Source: Octopus bimaculoides
Taxonomy: Eukaryota
Reading direction: 5' to 3'
DNA length: 64,000 bases
Assembly (NCBI RefSeq): GCF_001194135.2
Contig: NC_068983.1
Span: 119,929,232 to 119,993,231 of the forward strand
Under the pieces are notes generated by a model. The model saw nothing but the letters and a program-made list of their open reading frames with translations. It made no database searches and was not told where the DNA came from. Shown here in pieces: positions 53,741 to 64,000 of the stretch (positions within the stretch are counted from its first letter, which is position 1; each line of letters opens with the position of its first letter). Position numbers and translations under genes: made by a program.

Positions 53741-53801
53741 ATGAAGAAATACTTGTTAATTCTTTGCGCACTTTTGGATCTTTATATGGTAGCCTGTCAA
53801 G
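53741..53801 (+). CDS. Candidate first coding exon of an unidentified plus-strand gene; signal-peptide-like MKKYLLILCALLDLYMVACQ
   Basis: ATG at 53741 in context aatcATGA; basic n-region, hydrophobic core and small residues near the end; strong donor AAG|GTAAGT at 53802 (phase 1). An alternative GTAAGT donor at 53719 would make the exon non-coding. Confidence 0.45.
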
Positions 53802-54573
53802 GTAAGTTATATTTTATTTGTTTATATATTTTCATTCAGTTAATAGTTAAAATATCGCTTCAGACATTCAGCGGCTCCATCAAAGTTAGTTAACGGGATA
53901 GCATATTTGTTTTGGACTAGGCACTGCAAAACTAAAATTTTGCTTGAGAGAAAGAGCCTCGCCAATTGACTTAACTGCAGTATGTTACTGGTACTTGTTT
54001 TATCGCCGGCTAAAAAACAACAATATCAACTCTTGAGAAGTTGATTTCGGAATAATATGACGAATTATTAGTCAAAAAGATAGAAGTGTCCTTAAATTGT
54101 CAAGGTTGTCAAAATGAAACGCGTGTGTATAAAAGTGCGCGTTCATAAATATATATATATATTATTAATACCACAGTCAATGAAAGATCCATGGTAAACG
54201 TCTTTATTGAAATATCATATTTTTAGGAAACTTTCCTGAATATTCTCTACGAGGAGAACGAAACCTATTCTCTTGAGCCGACTTCATTGTATTGCACTAT
54301 CGATTCACAAGTGGAAGGGTTAAATCCATGTACATAGATTGTACACATTTCATGTGCACACATGCAACCATTCTGTCTCATGCAATCACACGTGCATGTA
54401 TACACACACACACATACGTGTGTGTATCACATGTATCAACCAGATGGATGTTATATACCATTGGTCACAATGCGCTTCCAATTCTTTATTGATTGCGCCC
54501 TTATTTTCCATTTTGGCCCCAAATCGTTTAACTAAATCGTCTCCCCATCATTGTGTACGTGTTTATTATATAA

Positions 54574-54574
<1 letters not shown>

Positions 54575-54615
<41 letters not shown>
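54575..54615. repeat. (ATCT)n microsatellite
   Basis: About ten tandem ATCT/CTAT units; one of many (AT)n, (CA)n, (ATT)n and (GAT)n tracts. Confidence 0.9.
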
Positions 54616-57600
54616 AGTTCTGGTTATGATACACATTAAAAGTGAACATGAAATAATTACTTATTGGATTAAAAAGAAAGAAATTGAAAAGTTAAGTTGA
54701 TAAACTTTGATGAAAATTTGTTCTGAATACTTCAACAGAAATAAGACTTTAAAAATAAATTTTCACTCTCAGACTTTCGTCTAATACGTAATATCAGTTT
54801 CCATCTGCCATTGGGGAATAAACTTTGTATAAAGTTTTTACTTTTTGCTGGATTTATTTGCTTATTTGTTACTTTTAATAAGTGACTGGATACATTTGTA
54901 AAAATGCCTTTAAATTCATCATATAATTCATATTAATAAAGCTGCAGAGCTGGGACGAACTCTCTGCGGAGACAGTTCATAATGATGTTGTTTAGCCCCA
55001 GGTCAACCATGATCTGGAATACATACGTTGAAAGGTTTCAGCCGTTGTCATCTCGTTTCCGGAGAGTGGGTGAGGCTATAGTGTATCTGGAACAAATTTT
55101 ATACGGTAGGATGCTATTTGAGGGCGATTTATAGCATTTTAGGCGACTACAAAAAGGCTTCCTTGCAATTGCTTGTTTTATCACCTATTTATCGCCTGTT
55201 GTTATTTTACTTCACGTATATCACTGTGGCTTTTAAGAAAGGTAGAGCTGTTTAGTCCCCAAGTCAGCAATATCTGATTCTGCAGTTTATGATCAAAGCT
55301 GTTCCCGTAGTTACCCTCATATCATTTTCTTTCTTTAGTGTACATTATTCAATGCGTACACTTTTTAAAACAGTAGGTCGTGATTCGAAGGAGATTTGGC
55401 TGCTATTTCTAGTAGGTCGAGCAACCATGTGGAGGCAGCCTTCAATATTTATTCATTGAGGGAATGCGAGAAAAGACAATGCCCTGATCGATTTGTTTTG
55501 ATATATTCAGTAATGTCAATAAATGGAATACAAGCCAACTAACTGGTGTCATCTCTTTCCTCACTACTTTAGATTCTTAAGGAAATAGCAAGAAACAAAG
55601 AAGCAAATTAAAATGTTGACTAAGCAAATATGCTTTGCATCACGTAGGCCAGTTTTTGCCACCGACCGACACGATACAATCTGTGCAGATGAACTAAGTC
55701 AACCCACGCCAGCTCCACAATACTTGTTACTCAAACTTTTACGTTCCTGTTTCCATTTTGATATAATTTTGTTGTGGAGAAAGTGTATATATATATATAT
55801 ATATATATATNNNNNNNNNNNNNNNNNNNNNNNNNNNNNNNNNNNNNNNNNNNNNNNNNNNNNNNNNNNNNNNNNNNNNNNNNNNNNNNNNNNNNNNNNN
55901 NNNNNNNNNNNNNNNNNNNNNNNNNNNNNNNNNNNNNNNNNNNNNNNNNNNNNNNNNNNNNNNNNNNNNNNNNNNNNNNNNNNNNNNNNNNNNNNNNNNN
56001 NNNNNNNNNNNNNNNNNNNNNNNNNNNNNNNNNNNNNNNNNNNNNNNNNNNNNNNNNNNNNNNNNNNNNNNNNNNNNNNNNNNNNNNNNNNNNNNNNNNT
56101 GGGGAGGGGGGACGGATGGGGAGAGCTTGTTTCCTCCTCTTTCCGTAATTCTTTCACATCTAACTTTTTCTTAATAATTTTTTCAGATTTATTTTTTAAA
56201 AAAACTTTTGAGATTATGTTACTTTAAAAACATGCTTCAAGCATTAATTTTAAAATATTTTCGAAAACGAGTCACAACTGAAAAGTTAAAAGAAAAGAGG
56301 TGGAACAAAATAATCATTCCCACCAAAATAATAATAATAATTCTTTCTAAAGCTTTGGGAAGAGGGTTATTTGATTACATCGACTCCAGTACTTGACTGG
56401 AACCTTATTTTATAGACCTCAAAATGGCAAAAGGCAAAAGTTGACCTCAGTAGTATTTGAACTCAGAATGTAAAGAGTTGGAAGAAATGTCACTCAGCAT
56501 TCCTTTGACACTCTTGAGATTCTGCCAACGTGCACGCGCGCGCGCGTTACACGCATACACATACATGTGCGCACGCACGCACACACAAGTAATTATATGC
56601 ATATATAGTCACTGTATAAAGTGTTGTAATTACTGTAGAAGCTGAAATTTAAAATTGGTACTTTCGAAGCAGCTGTCTTGTTTCAATTAAAAAGTATTTG
56701 CTTGGTTTAGTGATATAAAAATTGAAATTTCTTCCTCCCTCTTAATGAAAAAAGCAAAAAAAGTTTGTATCTATATACAATAATTCTTTTCTTTGCCGTG
56801 GTGTTTGACAAGTTTGAAAAAACATTAAAGTCAGCTAAATTTTCGGTTGAATTTTTTTTTAAACATAGCAATTTATCACCCACCCCTCTTCACTCTTCAG
56901 TCTGCATTGCTCCACTCCACTCCAGCCTAAGCAAGGGCATACTTTCGCCTGAATGTGATGCACTGGTTTAGTTCAAGTTGTAATTTCCCCTGACTGGCTG
57001 CCCTGCATTTTCGGGTGCAGGCATACACAGAAACATGTCCTATTCCTTTCTGACACAAATCTAACAACTAACTGTGTAACATTGATATAGTTGGACCAGT
57101 GTCCTCAACTTGTTATAGTTATGTTTTGGCTGTTGAAACCTGCAGCCTTATTCAAATGCCTGTCATATTCAGTAACATTCTTTGAGTTTCAATCTGAACC
57201 TTTTATTTAAATTACAGGGGGCAGATTATTCTCATACCATTATCCAAACTAGGAATATTCTCTTATAAGTTCTCTTACTTATGATGCTGTTTACTCATTT
57301 TGTGTAAACATATTTTTCCTGCAGTTCTCAAGTTGCCATTGTTCAAGAGGAACATTGATGGCATTGATCTCACAATCTGAGACAACCTCTAGATAAAACC
57401 CATACACACACTTGAAACCAAATTCCTCTCATATAGCTTTCATCAATCCAAGGCTGCATTAGAAGACAATGCTAGCCCAAGGTACTGTGCATTGAAATCA
57501 AATCTGAAAGCCCTTGGTTGCAAAGTAAAATTCTTAACCACGTGACTATAGCTATTTCTGATAACACATACCATACACAAATGTCTGTATTTACCACTTT

Positions 57601-57689
57601 GGGTTCTGCTAGTTTGAATTCTTTTTCTTTCATTCTGTATTATAGAAAGGAAACATTATTATTATTATTATTATTATTATTATAAGCGT

Positions 57690-58028
57690 GACCGTTACCA
57701 ACATTGCCTTCCTGGCACTTGTGCCAGTGGCACGTGAAAAGACATTCGAGCGAGTTTGTTGCCAGTACTGCTGGACTGGCTCCTGTGCAGGTGGCACGTA
57801 AAATACACCATTTCTAGCGTGGCCGTTGCCAGTACCTCCTGACTGGCCTTTGTGCCGGTGGCATGTAAAAGCACCCACTACACTCTCGGAGTGGTTGGCG
57901 TTAGGAAGGGCATCCAGCTGTAGAAACTCTGCCAGATCAGATTGGAGCCTGGTGTAGCCATCTGGTTCACCAGTCCTCAGTCAAATCGTCCAACCCATGC
58001 TAGCATGGAAAGCGGACGTTAAACGATG

Positions 58029-58030
<2 letters not shown>
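57690..58030 (+). mobile_element. Family A RTE-tailed element flanked by (ATT)n tracts
   Basis: Closely similar to 1-340; (ATT)n at ~57655-57685 and ~58030-58083. Confidence 0.8.
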
Positions 58031-58088
<58 letters not shown>

Positions 58089-61069
58089 GAGGTGCATAGC
58101 TTAGTGGTCAAGGTGTTGCACTCACCCAGGTTTCAATTCCTGGATTGGGCAATGTGTTATGTTCGTGAGCAAAACACTTCATTTCATGTTGCTCCAGTCC
58201 ACTCAGTTGGCAAAATTGAGTAATCCTGTAATGGAACAGCATCCTGTCTGCAAGGTGGGGGTGGGAGTGTATGAGATATATACGTCAGAGAATCCAGCAA
58301 ATGGATATTATGAGCCTGTGGCTCAAGAAAGACCTTTGACCCTTTGAAGGCAGCAAGCTGGTGGAATTGTCATTGCACTTGACAAAATGCTGAGTGGCTT
58401 TTCTTTTGACTTGACATTCTGAGTTCAAATATTGCTGAGGTTGATTGTGCCTTTCATCCTTCAAAGTTGATAAAATAAGTACCAGTTGAGCACTAGGTCA
58501 ATGTAATCAGCCTACTGCCTCACCCAAAATTGCTGGCCTTGTGCCAAAATTTGATACCATTATTGTTGTTGTTGTTGTTGTTAAGTCAGCAAGCTGGCAG
58601 AATCGTTAGCACACTAGTCAAAATGCTTAGCAGTATTTTGTCTGGCTTCACATTCTGAGTTCAAATTCCACCGAGATTGACTTTACGTTTCATTCTTTTA
58701 GGGTAAATGAAGTAAGTCCCAGTTGAGCACTGGAGTTGATGTAATTGACTTCCCTGCTCCCCTGAAATTGCTAGTGTTGTGTCAAAATTTTAACCCATTA
58801 TTATTAGCATCATCATTGTTGTTGTTCTTAATTTTTTTGTGTGTCTTTGTTTTCTATTCCTCTAGGATTGATTAAATACCAACAGTGTAACTGCTTTTGA
58901 ATTGTTCTGTTATATATTATATACAACTCTCTCCTCTTACAAAATATGTTGTTCTTAAGAAAATGAGTCACTCATCCCACCAGAAATAGCAGCTAAATTT
59001 CTTTCAAATCATATCCAGCCACCTTGGATGGGAGGGGAAACTTTAAATAGCATAGTCCTTCACACAAAATTCCTGAGAGAAGGATGGAGTGGTCATAATT
59101 GGAATGCCTTAGCTCATAGACCTGCTCCAGGGCTGGCCTAGGCCCAAACAATAACAACAACTATTTCTCTAACAATAAAATGTATACCTATAACTTACTT
59201 GAATTCTAATTAACCTTCTTCTTTACATGCTGTTGAGCATTCTTTATTATTGTTATTTACACTTTTTCTTGTGACAAAGTGTAATTTAACCTTTCTGTAC
59301 TTATGTTTCTTATTGTACTAACTCAGTCTGCTTTTTCTGGTTTTTGTTAGATATTTAATGGAATTGCATACTAAATATCAGTGTTATTTATGTTTAATGT
59401 ATGCATGTGTGTGTATGTGAGGGATTGGGTATGTGACTTTTAATGTTATTCCAAGGTCTTTATGAATTGTTTAGCTATTTTGGTCTGACTATAGTTACTG
59501 AAACTGGCCTATATAAGCAGGCAAGATAACAGCTTTGTAACCAAGAAAGTTGTGAAGTACTAGAACTAGGTAGACCTTTACTGATTTAGCCAGTGTATTT
59601 AGTAGCATGGCATTTAACCATATATCATGAGGATAAAGTTTAGTTTGATTTGTTTCCTACTGTAATGTGAAATGTAAACTCTGGCTGGTTTTATAATGGA
59701 AAGAATTTAGTTTTCAAGGTGATCACTAAAACAAACACAGATCTCCATATTTTTACTATTTACTATTCACCTTTATTACTATCCATTACTCTCTCCCCTC
59801 CCCTACCATTTCCTCACCTCAACCACTCCTTTGTTACTATCATGCTCTTGCTCCTTTCAGCCACCTATCTTGATTATTCTGTTATTAACCTTCCTTCTCT
59901 TCACCTTCTTGGTCACATTGTCTTGAGGAAACAAACCCATCATAGTGTAAGGAGGAATATTTAGTCTTATAAAGTACAAAGCAAACTCACTTGCATAGGT
60001 ACCATGATAAAATGCACCCAGTACACTTCATAAAGTAATGGTGATAAGCAAAGAGAATGTAGAGTGACTAATGCTAGTGCTACAATAAAATGTCCCCCAG
60101 TAGATTCTCTGAAGCTATTGGCAAAAGGAAGGGCATCTAGCTGTTGAAACCAAGCCAAAAGTGAGAAAATTGCAATGTAGAAGCAAAGCATGGTCTTCTT
60201 GTTTTTGAAAGCAGTAAGTCTAAATAAGAACTGACTTGGATCATGACAATCCAACCAAACCAAAAGTAGATGTAAAATGAGTATGATGATAATAGGGTGT
60301 TTGTGTGCAGATATATGTATACATGCATATGTATGCATGTATAGGTGCACATGTGGGGTAACAAAGGACCAGGAGTTGTGGCAATTTTCTGTACTTGAGA
60401 AGATCTGTCAAGTTAAGTAAAATTGCAATCATCTATACATATAGACATGTCCTTTGCAGGTGCTGATACCATGTAAAATGAACTCATACTAGTGCTGTGG
60501 AAATGCACCCGTACCAGTTGCATGTAAAAAGCACCCAGTACATTATGTTAAGTGGTTGGTGTTAGGAAGGGCATTCAGCTGTAGAAACCATGCCAAAACA
60601 AACAATTAGAGTCTGGCCAGCTCCTATCAAATCATCCAGCCCATGCCAACATGGAAAATGGATGTTAAAGGACGACGATGACGATATGTATATGTAAAAT
60701 CACCATCACTGTTTAATGTCAACATGGGTCAAACAGAATTTGTTGAGGTGGATTTTCTGTGATCAGATGCCCTTCTTGTCACCAACTCTTACCTATTTCC
60801 TAGTAAGGTAATATTTCCCCATGATCAGACATGGAAGATTGGAAACAAAGGATGCCACTTACATGACGGTGACATTTGGTTACAGCTATCAAGCAATGTT
60901 AAGGCAAAGCAACAGTAACCTACACACATACAGATATATTATGCAATGGGCTTCTTTCAGTTTCCATCAATCAAACCCACTCACAAGTCTTTGGTTGGCA
61001 CAGGGCTATAGTAGAAGACACTAACCCAAGGTGCTATGCTGTGGTATCTATATATTTGTGTGTGTGTAT

Positions 61070-61500
61070 GTGATGTGTTCAAAATGTATCTGACTTTTGG
61101 TCATAAAAAAGACTATTTTGTACATTTCCCAAATTTTGTTTAATCAAAATACTCCCCTTAGAAGTTCACACACTTTTTCCAGTGCTTCTGCCAATGCTGG
61201 TAACACCTCTGGAATGATATGGAGTTCCACCACTGCTTTCCTCATAATTTCTCCTCATAGCCCTTTCAGTGTGGCTTTCAGTTTAGGAAAGGGCCAGAAG
61301 TCACATGGTGCCAAGTCGGGAGAGTAAGGAACCTGTTGAACAAGTAGTGTGTTGTTCTTGATCAAGAAAGCTTGGTTTATGTGGGCAGAATGAGCAGGCA
61401 CATTGTCATGGTGAAGTTGCCAGTTCTTTTTCATCCATGTGTCCAGCTGTTTTCAATGCACAGCATCACAAAGGCAACATATAGCCACCAGGATACTTTT
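61070..61500 (-). pseudogene. mariner transposase C-terminal remnant
   Basis: HDNVPAHSA followed by a degenerate PYSPDLAP.DF-like block on the minus strand. Confidence 0.6.
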
Positions 61501-62030
61501 TGAACATACCTCATATATGTATATAATTTGTGTAAATAAGGAATGACTTTTATTTCAAACATGTTAAATTAAAAAATGTGACTGTTCAAGTTCAGTCTTT
61601 TAACGATTTTTTCATATTTCCTTATTAGTCTTTTAGATTTTGTTTGGGACAATTGCATTCCTAAATCCATTACTCTATTAACGTTTCAAGACCTTCCTGG
61701 CATCATCACCAGGATGACTAGAGTAGTACTAGCATATTGCTTCTGCACTTTGCTGTATGTTGCAAAGGGTCTCAAGAATACTGTTATAAATGACAAAATC
61801 ATCAATTCTTGATTTAAAAATTATACAACAGTTAAATCCTGGTAGATTTTTGTTTGTAATCAATTAATGCTTTTCTGTAAAATATATTTTATGTAATGCA
61901 TCAGTTGTTGTGATGGCTCCTTGTTTTAAATGCAAGGTCAGCTAACAAACTTGTTTGTCTGACATAACAATTTTAGTCATGAAGTTTACAACTTTCATGT
62001 TTATATTTTAAATTTGTATATTAAAATATA

Positions 62031-62260
62031 CAGAGTTGGCCAAAAGTCACCTGACAGTAAATCAAAGCCATTTAATTAAAATATATATTTATGTTTAACA
62101 ACTGAATGAATTTAATAAAAGCATCTAAATATGAAACATGAAAATTGTCCGAACTGAAGTCCTTCTTGAACGACGCATTTTTCCATTCGAGTCAATACAG
62201 AATTACAAATCCTATTTATGGCATTTTGATTTACTGTTGGGTGACTTTTGGCCAACCCTG
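62031..62260. mobile_element. Tc1/mariner-type MITE
   Basis: TIRs CAGAGTTGGCCAAAAGTCACC...AGTAAATCAAA / TTTGATTTACT...GGTGACTTTTGGCCAACCCTG with TA on both sides. Confidence 0.85.
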
Positions 62261-62729
62261 TACATCTGTCCAATCTATTCCAGCATGGAAAAAGGACGTT
62301 AAATGATGATGATGATTTGTATATTAACAAGTCGCTTGTCAAGAGTTGACTTCATACAATCACTTTGTGAAGAGAAAAAGTGAGATTGGTCCATCTGATC
62401 TCAATCCTTCTTAGGACAGCTTCAGAAAGTATTTCCAACTGCTCATGGATACATTGTGTTTGTGGTGACAAGAATTCAGGGCTTCATTAAATTAAAAGAT
62501 CCAATTCGCAAAAATAACAATTTGATACAGCTTCCATTTCTTTCTTCCTTTTCCTCTTTTCTTTTTTTACAATAGTCCAATGTATTCACTACAGTATATT
62601 TACAGATGCAGTGTCAGCTTAAAATTTAGAGTCTGGTGTATTTACAGCTCCAAGCATACATTTCTTAACATGTCAAAAATTTATTAACTGCCTTAGCTGC
62701 CAGCATTGTGCTATTTATGCAAATCTAAT

Positions 62730-62956
62730 TTAACCCTTTAGCATTCAGATTATTCTATCAAATTTAATACTTCTTCATCCATATTGTTTTAAGCTAATCA
62801 TGCATTATTTCGTAGCTTCAAGGTTTCAATGATGTTATCACCTATTTTTAGAATGACATTATAGGTTGGTGTGAGATACAAAATCTGAGCAGTTTTAACA
62901 TAAAACAGGTAGATCATTTGGGCCGGATATGGCCGGTTTAAACACTAAAGAGTTAA
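62730..62956. mobile_element. piggyBac-type MITE, same family as 18083-18529, opposite orientation
   Basis: TTAA CCCTTTAGCATTCAGATTATTCTATCAAA...CTAAAGAG TTAA. Confidence 0.75.
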
Positions 62957-64000
62957 TGTGGCCCTTAATTCTAGAAGCTATAAGTATAATGCCTCTATGA
63001 ATAATTACAGATGGGCAGTTGATTCCTGAAAAGTCCCCCAAAACACAGTTGGGGTGAGCCTTCTTTTTCTATCTACAGAAAATATAAAAAATCTTTAAAG
63101 TGTTCAGTGTATTTTCATCACATGTGTAGCTTCAGCTAAAAACTTACATTTACTTTCATCATCATCATCATAATATTCTTTCTAATAGTGGCACTAGACC
63201 TGAAGTTTTGGGGAGTGCGGGTAAGTCAAATATTTCGACTCCAGTACGTAATTGGCACTTTATTTTATTGATCCCCAAAAGGATGAAAGGCAAAGTTGAC
63301 CTTGGCAATATTTAAACTCAGAACGTGAAGCCGTTAGGCATTTTGTCCAACATGCTAATGATTCTGCTAGCTTACCATCTTATTAATAACACATGCATAT
63401 ACATGAAGTACGGATTTTAGGTAACTCTGATCTATACTATCTCTTAGTTTTCTCAGACATAGTTCAAAATGGAATGTATGAGGAAGACATAGTCATCAAC
63501 CCATCTAGGAGGGCAGTAACTTTGAACAAGAACTGACTTGAACTGTGATGGTTCATCCAATGTATACCAGCATAGAAAAGAAGGCATAAATAATATAAAT
63601 GTTGTTGTTGTTGTTGTTGATGATGATGATGGTGGTGGTGGTGGTGAAGAGGAGGAAAAGTTCTAACTATCTTTCTGTGAAGTAAGACGAAAACAGAGAA
63701 TCAATCTCCACTACTCATTTGCTTGTATCCAATTAATATAAAGAGGGTATTGAGGAATTAATCCAACCTGAAGTTGATATAATGTTTTGATACCAACCTG
63801 CCTGAAAGTACCCCTGGTTCTATGATACATAGCTATGGTTTTAAAGTAATCTAAATTAAACTCTTCCACCCAAATTTCAGGTTAATTTATGTTCCAAACA
63901 CGTTTTTAATAAGATGGTTATCTGAATAAACTTTTCAAAATTTTTAAGGTCAATTGCAACAAAGTTGGAATATTTCTACCAGCAAATTGATAGGGAGTTA

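Noticed and set aside
55613-56227. Long track ORFs containing X runs (also 21630-22022, 25460-25836, 33658-34044, 44721-45089)
   Set aside because: Artefacts of translation through N-gaps and dinucleotide repeats.
58866-58905. Acceptor tried as exon 2 of the plus-strand gene
   Set aside because: The phase-1 reading stops after about 11 codons; only a weak GTAACT donor could rescue it, so it was not called as CDS.

Overview
AT-rich, microsatellite- and SINE-dense animal genomic DNA with seven N-gaps. The SINE families and overall composition suggest an octopus (coleoid cephalopod) draft scaffold; this is inference, not a database hit. One complete protein-coding gene is supported. It lies on the minus strand with three coding exons (17587/17527-17117, 14001-13885, 9279-8743; clean phase-0 GT-AG introns) and encodes a ~354-374 aa DUF1647-like type II membrane protein. 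It has a probable ~5.5 kb repeat-free 3'UTR and a probable promoter/first exon near 40.0-40.2 kb. A second, plus-strand gene appears to start at an ETS-CRE promoter near 53.4 kb, with a signal-peptide-like first coding exon. The rest is decayed transposons: RTE LINEs and RTE-tailed short elements, tRNA-type SINEs, at least three Penelope-like GIY-YIG remnants, Tc1/mariner/Tigger, hAT and piggyBac-type MITEs, a Helitron, a gypsy gag-protease piece and a CCHC ORF1-only element. The three best leads: (1) a 43-bp hairpin that pairs a candidate 5'UTR exon with its downstream intron, holds the 5' splice site in its loop, and has five A-C mismatches on the host sense strand (ADAR-like geometry); (2) a degenerate hammerhead-like fold just behind a Penelope endonuclease; (3) an ORF1-only retroelement that shares its 3' tail with a local SINE family.
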